DNA from: a virus
Lineage: Duplodnaviria > Caudoviricetes
IMG/VR virus record: IMGVR_UViG_3300029179_000018
Location: 1 to 31,973 of that record
DNA: 31,973 nt
Reading direction: 5' to 3' (one strand)
Below, piece by piece: positions 7,065 through 14,250 of the stretch; the stretch's first letter is position 1; every line of letters begins with the position of its first letter. The notes beneath the pieces are model-generated. The model saw nothing but the letters and a program-made list of their open reading frames with translations, was not told the origin of the DNA and made no database searches. The position numbers were made by a program, and so were the translations under genes.

Positions 7065-7639
7065 CCTTGAACTAATTTGGTGTAACGATCTTCAAGTTCA
7101 GCATCCATGCCGTGAGGCAGTACGTCTCGCCTATTCAAGTCACGCCCAAATATTTTACCGAAGTGATCACAGGCGTCTTTCACGGCAAGCGTCTTAGCTA
7201 TTGGTAGTGCCATTGAAACAGCACCGTTATTGATTTTACCAAGATCAGCCGGGCTTGCGCCTTTTTCAGTTTGAAGCTGGCAGGCACCAACGCCATCATT
7301 ATACTCCATTTCGCCAGTTACTGGGTTGAGCACGTAAACCCGCACGGCTACGTAAACTGCATTAAACATTACCCCTTCTCGCAATACCTCAATACGGTAT
7401 TTGGTGAAAATGCGATTGAGTAAATACTCCACCTTGTCGATCGGCAGGTAGCGATGATTTTTTATAAATGGATGCTCCTTAACCCATTCTTGTTTAGGTT
7501 CGCTGTTCAGAATTACCGACAGCCTTGCCAGTGGGCCAACTGTTTTAATCGACTTCTCATTCATTAAGTCAACTAACTTAGGCAGCGCCACCTTTTTGGG
7601 TGGCTGCACTTGAGGCAAACGTGGCGTTTTGATTTCCAT
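7061..7639 (-). CDS. Sak/Rad52-like single-strand annealing protein
   Basis: RYLPIDKVEYLLNRIF, AKTLAVKDACDHFG and FGRDLNR motifs; paired with the exonuclease. Confidence 0.75.
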   Translation of the reverse strand: MEIKTPRLPQVQPPKKVALPKLVDLMNEKSIKTVGPLARLSVILNSEPKQEWVKEHPFIKNHRYLPIDKVEYLLNRIFTKYRIEVLREGVMFNAVYVAVRVYVLNPVTGEMEYNDGVGACQLQTEKGASPADLGKINNGAVSMALPIAKTLAVKDACDHFGKIFGRDLNRRDVLPHGMDAELEDRYTKLVQG

Positions 7640-7640
7640 A

Positions 7641-7898
7641 TCAATCTTGTTTCTGCAATTCGGTCAGGCGTTGTAAATAGTAATCTTCAAAATCGTTCTT
7701 ATCCCAAACCAAATGGTCATTCATCTTCTCTTCATTGCCAAACGGTAGCGGGGCATTAAGGCTTTCGTTGATGGCATCGGCCAACTTTTTCATTTCTCCC
7801 GCCACTTCGGGTAGCTTGGTTTTAAGTGCTTCGTAACAGGCGGCAGTCGCTATGTGCGCAAGCTGCAATTCATCACGGGTGCCAAATATTTGTATCAT
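7641..7898 (-). CDS. Hypothetical protein
   Basis: ATG ORF abutting the annealase gene. Confidence 0.65.
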   Translation of the reverse strand: MIQIFGTRDELQLAHIATAACYEALKTKLPEVAGEMKKLADAINESLNAPLPFGNEEKMNDHLVWDKNDFEDYYLQRLTELQKQD

Positions 7899-7909
7899 TC
7901 TCGTGGGTG

Positions 7910-8089
7910 TTAATGATTATCAGCAAAGCCACCACTCCATGCGCCCGGCTCTGTGTACGCCCTTTCGTATGCGGCCTCGTTTTCATTTTCTTCTAGCCTG
8001 TTAATTACTTTTTTTAGTTCACCCCAGCCGCCATAATATTTGCATATCTCGCGCAGGTCAGCCTCATTCTCTGCCTCTATCCCTTCATG
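7910..8089 (-). pseudogene. Open frame without an in-frame start (HEGIEAENEADLREICKYY...WSGGFADNH*)
   Basis: A 59-codon protein-like frame fills the only gap in the operon. It continues in frame after the TAA at 8090-8092, and an out-of-frame ATG lies at 8088. Confidence 0.5.
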
Positions 8090-8332
8090 TTAAATGGTTG
8101 CCATAGTAATGATTTCAATGTTTTGGTATAGCTTGTTAAACTCCTTGCTGTAATGATTTTTAATGCTCTCTACCTGTTCGGCTTCGGTAAGCAGTTCGGG
8201 GTTTTCAACCACCTCAATCTGGTGCCATACCTCGCCACCCTCTGGCTCCGTGCTGTGGTGAATAGTCACCCGCATTTCCTTTTCGGGGTTATACCATCCG
8301 GGTATTGATTCGGTGCGCTGCCAGGTTTTCAT
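8090..8332 (-). CDS. Hypothetical protein
   Basis: TAATG-coupled to the upstream gene. Confidence 0.7.
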   Translation of the reverse strand: MKTWQRTESIPGWYNPEKEMRVTIHHSTEPEGGEVWHQIEVVENPELLTEAEQVESIKNHYSKEFNKLYQNIEIITMATI

Positions 8333-8538
8333 TAAAATTCTTTTACAAAAAACAGTGTATAACCCTGTTGGTGTGTCAAGAAATCAATTTTGCCCCACGA
8401 TTTATTGCCCAAGTCGTTTTGCTTATTCTTGGCAGAAGGCGACAAGACTTTAATATGCTTATGAAAAATGTCCACCATAACATCTTTCTTTTCAAAGAGT
8501 GACGCTAAGACTTTATGTTCTGTATGTTTTCGTGCCAT
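8332..8538 (-). CDS. Hypothetical protein (DLGNKSWGKIDFL)
   Basis: ATG ORF in the operon. Confidence 0.7.
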   Translation of the reverse strand: MARKHTEHKVLASLFEKKDVMVDIFHKHIKVLSPSAKNKQNDLGNKSWGKIDFLTHQQGYTLFFVKEF

Positions 8539-8550
8539 GATTAGTTGTTA

Positions 8551-8793
8551 TTACGATTTAGTGCCCGCCAGTTGCAGGCTTTTGATTAATGGTGCTATGC
8601 TTGCCTTGTTGCTTACCACCTTTTTTATTAGTGGCCGCATGAGATAAATTGGTAGCTTTTTACGCTTGCCCTTTAAGTAATCGTACAAGGCTTTCTTGTT
8701 AGATTCGACTTTAGTATTGCCTCCGGCCTCCCGCGCCACCTGGCCGGCATCGCCTCGCTGCAACCACTGCGATATTTCGCCCGGGGTGATCAT
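8551..8793 (-). CDS. Hypothetical protein, possible helical DNA-binding regulator
   Basis: Basic, helical sequence (LQRGDAGQVAREAG...LYDYLKG) in an early-operon position. Confidence 0.6.
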   Translation of the reverse strand: MITPGEISQWLQRGDAGQVAREAGGNTKVESNKKALYDYLKGKRKKLPIYLMRPLIKKVVSNKASIAPLIKSLQLAGTKS

Positions 8794-8796
8794 TTG

Positions 8797-9003
8797 TTAA
8801 AATTTCAATTGAGAAACCTTAACCCACGTTGTCACTCCAATTTCTCTACCATTAACAAGAGCGCCACTTTTCTCTGTTTTCCAATTAACACGCGCTCTCA
8901 TCTTATCATTATCCACCGCCACTATAACTCCTTTTCGTCCATCAGTGTAGTCAGATGCAATTCTCTCAACGTCAGCACCAATCAGATCATCAAGTTCTTT
9001 CAT
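8797..9003 (-). CDS. Hypothetical protein (SH3/KOW-like beta pattern)
   Basis: GRKGVIVAVD..RARVNW...TWVKVSQL. Confidence 0.65.
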   Translation of the reverse strand: MKELDDLIGADVERIASDYTDGRKGVIVAVDNDKMRARVNWKTEKSGALVNGREIGVTTWVKVSQLKF

Positions 9004-9021
9004 ATCCGTTAGGTTAGGGGG

Positions 9022-9345
9022 TTAAGCTGCTTGATGAAGTTGTAGATGATGCTCACGGCAAAGCCACTGAACCAAACGAGGATTATTATAATCCAAGTGA
9101 TGGGCCTCACTTTTGCTACTGCCGCACACTTGGCATGGCATCTTTTTTAGATGGCCCCGCTTGACAAGCACCTTAGTATATGCACGAGTGATTGCCTTTT
9201 TACGCTGGGCATCTTGAAGTTGCCTGTGCTTGGGCCGGTGCTCGCGCATGTAGCGTGCGTGACACCTATTACAATAGGCTTGCTTACCCGCCCTGTGCGG
9301 TGCTATTGGCCCTCGGCATTTCGAGCATTTGATTATAGCTCTCAT
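9022..9345 (-). CDS. Zn-binding HNH-like protein
   Basis: CxxC pairs and CQVCG...EAHHLDY...VQWLCREHH. Confidence 0.75.
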   Translation of the reverse strand: MRAIIKCSKCRGPIAPHRAGKQAYCNRCHARYMREHRPKHRQLQDAQRKKAITRAYTKVLVKRGHLKKMPCQVCGSSKSEAHHLDYNNPRLVQWLCREHHLQLHQAA

Positions 9346-9521
9346 ATAAATGTGGCTGTCTCCAATAATTTACCAGCCATCACCTTAGCGTTAAGGCTTT
9401 TGCCAGTCTTGGCCATGTACTTGCCACGCTGAAGGTTTACGTTTTTCCGGGCCTTGTCAGACCACGGCACCGTGAGCTTACTTTGTTTCTTTTTTGGTTT
9501 TTGTTTAACTTCGTCCTCCAT
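9342..9521 (-). CDS. Cro-position small basic regulator (possible ribbon-helix-helix)
   Basis: First gene of the leftward operon, divergent from the repressor; KLTVPW strand followed by two helices. Confidence 0.55.
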   Translation of the reverse strand: MEDEVKQKPKKKQSKLTVPWSDKARKNVNLQRGKYMAKTGKSLNAKVMAGKLLETATFI

Positions 9522-9560
9522 TTGGTTTCCTGTTAGGTTCTTTTTGGCCTCTTGACGAAT

Positions 9561-9568
9561 CAAAGGTA
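9561..9568 (-). promoter_or_regulatory. Bacteroidota sigma-A -7 element of the leftward early promoter
   Basis: TACCTTTG on the minus strand matches TAnnTTTG, 40 bp upstream of ATG 9521, in the repressor/Cro intergenic region. Confidence 0.6.
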
Positions 9569-9612
9569 AAATAAAAAATCAAATAGTATGGAATAAAAAT
9601 ATTCGCATAAAT

Positions 9613-10029
9613 ATGGACTTGAACGTCAAGGAGTTACGTCTAAAGTTTGGCTTAAGTCAACGTCAATTCTCTGACGAAACAGGCATTCCGATTGGAAGAA
9701 TCAATAATTGGGAGCAAGGAAAAGGCAAACCAAAGTTTGAAGACCGTAAACTATTGGAGGTATTCAGACTGAGGTGGGAAAAAGTATTGGATAAAGAAGA
9801 TAATAGCACTCCACGTGGAACCTTAGTATTGGAACCCCGGCCCCCTAATTATTCAAAAAGTGAGGATGCCGAAGTAAAGGCGTTACTTCGCGAGCAGATT
9901 AGGGTGCTAACAGCCCAGGTGGACGACATGCGTGAGCAACACCGCGACCTGCGCGATCAAAACAAGGAGCTACGAAAGCGGCTGGAAGCGGCTGAGGCGA
10001 GTGCTGATAAAGGAGGCTCGCGCCATTAG
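9613..10029 (+). CDS. XRE-family HTH repressor (CI-like) with C-terminal coiled coil
   Basis: VKELRLKFGLSQRQFSDETGIPIGRINNWEQGKGKP; divergent from the early operon. Confidence 0.9.
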   Translation: MDLNVKELRLKFGLSQRQFSDETGIPIGRINNWEQGKGKPKFEDRKLLEVFRLRWEKVLDKEDNSTPRGTLVLEPRPPNYSKSEDAEVKALLREQIRVLTAQVDDMREQHRDLRDQNKELRKRLEAAEASADKGGSRH

Positions 10030-10176
10030 CAGCTTGCGCCTTTCCCGTTCGGCCTCCGTGAACACAATATCAGTGCCCTCTATAAAGGCACTGTTTATGG
10101 AAATGTACTCTTCGCAAATTTGCCTCATGGCCGCTGCGTACTCATCTTTCCCTAGTAAATCGTCTACTTCATCCAT
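9970..10176 (-). CDS. Hypothetical protein convergent on the repressor
   Basis: 68-aa ATG ORF overlapping the repressor 3' end. Confidence 0.4.
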   Translation of the reverse strand: MDEVDDLLGKDEYAAAMRQICEEYISINSAFIEGTDIVFTEAERERRKLLMARASFISTRLSRFQPLS

Positions 10177-10240
10177 AGCTACCTAAATCATTCTACATCA
10201 GCAATTAGTCAAAAAACTTGATTCGTAAAACATTGACCCT

Positions 10241-10651
10241 ATGAAAAATTTTTTTAACAGCGCACCCATATTAGTGACTTATGTCATTGTTTTATTATTT
10301 GGAACGGGATCTGTTACAAAAGCCCAAGCGCGTGCAGAAATGAAGGCAGACACGGTTTATTACCAAGGTGCCAAAATCTATCGGGGTGGTAAGGTTGATC
10401 TGTGGTATGGCAGCAAGCAAAACAAGGATTTTGCGTTTGTTTTTATGGGCAGTGGCTTGCAGGGACTAACGCCCCTGGCTGCGGGCTGGTCAAAGCAAAG
10501 CGTGCTAATAGATAAGGTTTATAAGTCGTTCGGAAAACTATTCTGCCGAGGGGTATTGGTTGATGCCCCGGAAGTTCGAGCAATGGGCGGCAATAAGATA
10601 TTTATTGACATTGAGGGCGCTATGGATAACAAGGAGATAAGCCAGCGTTAA
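10241..10651 (+). CDS. Putative secreted or membrane-anchored accessory protein
   Basis: N-terminal hydrophobic segment (ILVTYVIVLLFG) followed by a TKA|QA-type cleavage site. Confidence 0.7.
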   Translation: MKNFFNSAPILVTYVIVLLFGTGSVTKAQARAEMKADTVYYQGAKIYRGGKVDLWYGSKQNKDFAFVFMGSGLQGLTPLAAGWSKQSVLIDKVYKSFGKLFCRGVLVDAPEVRAMGGNKIFIDIEGAMDNKEISQR

Positions 10652-10653
10652 AA

Positions 10654-10863
10654 ATGCTCGCCAACACTGAGCATGATGGCCGGCTGTATACGGTAACGTG
10701 GCCCTTCAGCCACCGCGATGACCTGACCCGCTACCTCCACAAGCGCACCGACCCGGATCCTAAAACCCGGGAAGCCTACGACTTGATAGGCGCCCGCATG
10801 ATACTGATTGAAACCACCCAGCGCGAAGTACTGGCGGCCTTTCGGCTTCGGGCAATTAAATAA
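10654..10863 (+). CDS. Hypothetical protein
   Basis: ATG ORF starting 2 nt after the previous stop. Confidence 0.55.
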   Translation: MLANTEHDGRLYTVTWPFSHRDDLTRYLHKRTDPDPKTREAYDLIGARMILIETTQREVLAAFRLRAIK

Positions 10864-10963
10864 CTATTTCTTGAAATTGGTTACGCTTGCCTTTAGCGAG
10901 GTGAAACCCTGTTTTCACCCTAATTTCAAGGGAAAAAAGGCAAAAAATATATCTTGAAAAGTG

Positions 10964-10993
10964 TTGCAGATTTCAAAATGTGTAGTATATTTA
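10964..10993 (+). promoter_or_regulatory. Bacteroidota-type promoter (TTG-N19-TATATTTA)
   Basis: TTG at 10964-66, a 19-nt spacer, and TAnnTTTA at 10986-93, 20 nt upstream of ATG 11014. Confidence 0.55.
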
Positions 10994-11013
10994 CATCATC
11001 AAACAGCAGCAAA

Positions 11014-11202
11014 ATGAAAACAATCAAGAAAATAACAAAAGGACATTTAATAGAAAAAATCAGTGATAAACTTTCGATTGTAGCTAATTCTAACGGCTGG
11101 ATAATATGCAATATGGACGGTTCTTTCTACCGTCACCCAGTTGAAGGTTATTTACAGTTCAAGAATAAAGGAATAGCCAATGAAGTTGCAGCGGCTTATT
11201 GA
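11014..11202 (+). CDS. Hypothetical protein
   Basis: MKTIKKIT start with an A-rich leader downstream of the promoter. Confidence 0.65.
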   Translation: MKTIKKITKGHLIEKISDKLSIVANSNGWIICNMDGSFYRHPVEGYLQFKNKGIANEVAAAY

Positions 11203-11425
11203 ATTGAAAAAAGAGATTGCTAACAAGCTAATCTCTTTTCCTGATCATTCATTAGTTAATGTTTGTTGTTCAGGGAATAAAATATGGTCAGAATTAGCAA
11301 TAAAAGAATGGTACAGAAGAAAAAACAGCACGGAGGCAAGCGTAAGGGTTCAGGCCGCAAAAAAGGCGAGCCAACCAAGCTCAAGCGCATACCGGTTTCG
11401 CTCGTCAAGCAGGTGGACAGGATAG
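11180..11425 (+). CDS. Hypothetical protein (3' part overlaps the next gene)
   Basis: ATG ORF whose distal half overlaps 11308-11460 in another frame. Confidence 0.35.
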   Translation: MKLQRLIELKKEIANKLISFPDHSLVNVCCSGNKIWSELAIKEWYRRKNSTEASVRVQAAKKASQPSSSAYRFRSSSRWTG

Positions 11426-11460
11426 TGAGGGAACATAGAAAGAAAACTACTTTGAAATGA
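11308..11460 (+). CDS. Small basic DNA-binding protein (GGKRKGSGRK motif plus RHH-like tail), not in the ORF track
   Basis: MVQKKKQHGGKRKGSGRKKGEPTKLKRIPVSLVKQVDRIV; ATGA overlap with 11457. Confidence 0.75.
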   Translation: MVQKKKQHGGKRKGSGRKKGEPTKLKRIPVSLVKQVDRIVREHRKKTTLK

Positions 11461-11945
11461 TTATAAAATCTAATGAATTGCGTCTTGGGAGCCTTGTTGA
11501 TGTAATAGACAGGTCTCAAAAAGTTCATTTACCTTTTAACATTGTTAAAAAGGTAGGGTATATTGATTTTTTTAAAGTCGACCTTTATGAACCTGATAAA
11601 CCTTTTGCTATCCAAGGCGAAAATTGGGAGGTAGATGTAAGAGACCTATCACCAATATCTTTGACTGAAGAAGTAATCATAAAACTTGGATTCAAGTATT
11701 GGCCTGACAATGGAAATTGCTTTACAAAAAAGTATTCACAACAAGGTGACTTTATTTTATTCAATCACAAAACATTAGTGGCCGAAGGCGCTGGTCTTGT
11801 TAATGGTGATTATTATTACATGTTTCACGGCCTTATCCATACCATTCGGTATGTTCACCAATTGCAAAACATTTTTTTTGCTATAACTGGCGAAGAATTA
11901 TTCTTGACTCATATTATCAAAGCCCCTCACTCAACCTCTTCTTAA
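11457..11945 (+). CDS. Conserved phage protein (YopX-like; ELRLG...PISLTEE..KLGF...YVHQLQN)
   Basis: Motif pattern I recall as common in Bacteroidota phage proteins. Confidence 0.7.
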   Translation: MIIKSNELRLGSLVDVIDRSQKVHLPFNIVKKVGYIDFFKVDLYEPDKPFAIQGENWEVDVRDLSPISLTEEVIIKLGFKYWPDNGNCFTKKYSQQGDFILFNHKTLVAEGAGLVNGDYYYMFHGLIHTIRYVHQLQNIFFAITGEELFLTHIIKAPHSTSS

Positions 11946-11991
11946 TCCCGAACTCGAACGAGTGTTTGTAGTTCTCCGTGGTGGCTATTGC
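11917..11991 (-). pseudogene. Relic 3' end of a second integrase allele
   Basis: Translates to AIATTENYKHSFEFGIKKRLSEGL*, which aligns with the intact C-terminus KKETTEHYTHGFEYEIMKSLSDKQ*. Confidence 0.75.
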
Positions 11992-13208
11992 TTATCACTT
12001 AAGCTTTTCATAATTTCATACTCAAACCCGTGGGTATAGTGTTCAGTGGTTTCTTTTTTCTGGTGCGCCAGTGCTGACTGTAACTGTTCCAGTGTGCCGC
12101 CATTCTGCAAAAACACATGCGAGAATGTATGCCTGAGCGTATAGGTGCGCAGTTTAACAGGTAAGCCCAGCTCCTTTTCTATAATCGAAAGCACCTCGTT
12201 GGTTTTTTTGATGAAATCCTTAATCACATAGAACTCTTGCTCATCGGTCATGGATTCGCGCAGAATTGGAAAAACATAACCTAAGCCGTTGCCCACCGGT
12301 AAGGCTCGCCTGGTTAATACCTCACGCATGCGTGGGTGAATAACTACCTTAAGCCCTTTTGATGTTTTGCTCCTTTGAAATTCTATTTCTTTGGGGCCAA
12401 TTTGAGGATACCGTAACCGGGCAAGGTCTGCAAAGTTGACACCATAACAGTAGTAATCAAAAATCGCGTAGTCAAACCACTCTGCAACAAATTCATTTTT
12501 AGGCTGATAATTCACAAACCTATCCTTATCGGCAACCGTCAAAAACTGCTTTGGCCTACCCTCTCCATCGGGTATACGATATCGATCGACCCCGAAAGGG
12601 TAAGCATCAGGGCTGACAAGCTTATTTTTAATCGCTATTTTAAACACATGCCGAATGTTTCTACAATAGATCGCGACTGTGGTTGATCTGCGGCCATTGG
12701 CGATATTCCAATCTTCATAGCCTTGTAAAAAAACGGGCGTTACCTCCTGGAAGGTAAGCTCAGAGTGGCTAAATCGGGTAAGCGATGCTAAGGTAGTCTC
12801 GTAAGATTTAATTGTCGAAATCTTTCTCTTGCCACCCTTCTTCTTCAGCAAATCAATCTTTATTGCAAACTGACTCTTAACCGTAGTCAGATCCTCTTTA
12901 GCAAAGAAGAACAACTCAAATGATTCAGGCGTGCGTATGCTGTACCGCTCGATCAGATCAGCCGCTCGCGCACGTAAGGAAAACAGTTTACGACTAGCGG
13001 CCACCAGGTCGGTACGCTTCGATCGCTCGAGCACCTTGTAATCTTCTTCAGTGAGATAAACATCGGTCGGGTATCGCTTATCAACCCGCACCTTCTTGCC
13101 GTTCCTGATGGCTCTAAACTCAAGGCGCAGCTTCACGGCATACTTACCGGCATTCTCCCCGGTAGTACTCATTCTACGCTTATCCAATATGATTAACGGG
13201 TGCAGCAA
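11985..13208 (-). CDS. int: Tyrosine recombinase / phage integrase (arm-binding, SAM-like and catalytic domains)
   Basis: IILDKRR...VKLR arm domain; GVNFADL, RSKT, YTLRHTF, LAH and TTEHY catalytic motifs. The start is probably the TTG at 13208, since the longer ORF runs over a repeat tract. Confidence 0.93.
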   Translation of the reverse strand: MLHPLIILDKRRMSTTGENAGKYAVKLRLEFRAIRNGKKVRVDKRYPTDVYLTEEDYKVLERSKRTDLVAASRKLFSLRARAADLIERYSIRTPESFELFFFAKEDLTTVKSQFAIKIDLLKKKGGKRKISTIKSYETTLASLTRFSHSELTFQEVTPVFLQGYEDWNIANGRRSTTVAIYCRNIRHVFKIAIKNKLVSPDAYPFGVDRYRIPDGEGRPKQFLTVADKDRFVNYQPKNEFVAEWFDYAIFDYYCYGVNFADLARLRYPQIGPKEIEFQRSKTSKGLKVVIHPRMREVLTRRALPVGNGLGYVFPILRESMTDEQEFYVIKDFIKKTNEVLSIIEKELGLPVKLRTYTLRHTFSHVFLQNGGTLEQLQSALAHQKKETTEHYTHGFEYEIMKSLSDKQ

Positions 13209-13220
13209 AAGTGCAACGAA

Positions 13221-13262
13221 GTAGTTACCGAAAGTAGACGAAAGTAGACGAAAGTTACCGAA
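13221..13262. repeat. Four 10-bp tandem repeats between int and the att core
   Basis: gtAGTTACCG AAAGTAGACG AAAGTAGACG AAAGTTACCG aa. Confidence 0.85.
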
Positions 13263-13354
13263 CCGTTGGTGTAAAATACCTCCAAACAATAGCCCAAAAC
13301 CATTCAAAACAGGTTAAAAAAGCAGAAATTCCACTTTTTATCCGGATTAACCCT

Positions 13355-13402
13355 TGAGCCCCCTGTCGGAATCGAACCAACGACCTACTGATTACAAGTC
13401 AG
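13355..13402 (-). tRNA. 3' half of tRNA-Thr(UGU), serving as attP core (not a complete tRNA)
   Basis: The minus strand reads CTGA-CTTGTAA-TCAGT AGGTC GTTGG-TTCGATT-CCGAC AGGGGGC TCA, giving the anticodon arm, T arm and acceptor 3' strand. There is no D arm or 5' acceptor strand upstream, and it lies next to the integrase. Confidence 0.9.
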
Positions 13403-13528
13403 GTTGGAACATACCCCGGTATTTTCTTGTAATCAACATTCTATCAGCACATTGCGTAACATTCTAATCTTTTTATTTACTTTGCCAGTGCAACGGATGT
13501 GCAACAAAATCCCATCCAAAGCCCATTT

Positions 13529-13807
13529 ATGCCAAATGTAAAGAAGGGCGAGAAATTTACCCTTGCCAATACCAACATCACCGAGTTAGTCCTTAACCAA
13601 GCGCCATCCGGTTGTGATGCCGTGGTCGTTATCGACCCTACCAACAGCGGGACAATTGCGCTTCGAGTAGGCAAAGTGGCCCCGGCTAACATGACCGGAC
13701 AAAACCTGTATGCGGCCGGTTCGAAGGCGTTTCTACGTATAGGGCGAAACGAGAAAGTCTATGCACAAGCAAGCGGGGCCAATCAGGCGTTGACGTTGGA
13801 GTATTAA
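13529..13807 (+). CDS. Small all-beta protein upstream of TerS
   Basis: ATG at 13529; beta-strand-rich sequence ending 4 nt before TerS. Confidence 0.65.
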   Translation: MPNVKKGEKFTLANTNITELVLNQAPSGCDAVVVIDPTNSGTIALRVGKVAPANMTGQNLYAAGSKAFLRIGRNEKVYAQASGANQALTLEY

Positions 13808-13811
13808 CCAA

Positions 13812-14243
13812 ATGCCCAGGGATAAGGCCATAAAAACCCCGGAAGAACTTCAAGCCCTATTCGATCAATACAGGGCATGGGCTAAAACTAATCCATTTAA
13901 AGTACACGACTTTGTTGGTAAGGACGCTCAAGAGGTTAATAAAGAGAAGGAGCGCCCATTGACATGGATAGCATTTGAGGCGTGGCTTTACCGGGAAGGT
14001 ATTGTTACTCACTTAGGGCACTATGAACAAAATACGGATGGTGCCTATGCTGAATATTTGCCTATCATACGCGCATTAAAGAAGCAATGCAGCGCGGATG
14101 TAATAGATGGTGCGCTTGCCACGGTGTATAATCAAAACATTGCGGCCCGGTTAGAAGGCCTGAAAGACCAGTCCGATATCAACCTGAACGACCACCGCAA
14201 GACCACGGCAGAAATGTTCCCGGAAGGATTGGATAAGGAATAG
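13812..14243 (+). CDS. terS: Terminase small subunit (P22 gp3-like DNA-packaging family)
   Basis: KTPEELQALFDQY..W...P, RPLTWIAF and NIAARLEGLKD motifs; directly upstream of TerL. Confidence 0.88.
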   Translation: MPRDKAIKTPEELQALFDQYRAWAKTNPFKVHDFVGKDAQEVNKEKERPLTWIAFEAWLYREGIVTHLGHYEQNTDGAYAEYLPIIRALKKQCSADVIDGALATVYNQNIAARLEGLKDQSDINLNDHRKTTAEMFPEGLDKE

Positions 14244-14250
14244 GACTTTT

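Noticed and set aside
11985-13208. Integrase as the integron integrase for the attC-like array
   Set aside because: It has an arm-binding domain and an adjacent tRNA attP typical of prophage integrases, and I could not recognise the IntI-specific insertion.
13209-13307. N-terminal 33 aa of the 440-aa integrase ORF
   Set aside because: It translates the tandem-repeat tract; the recognisable arm-binding domain begins near 13208.
13355-13430. Complete phage-encoded tRNA-Thr
   Set aside because: Similarity stops at the anticodon stem, with no D arm or 5' acceptor strand. It is interpreted as the att core.
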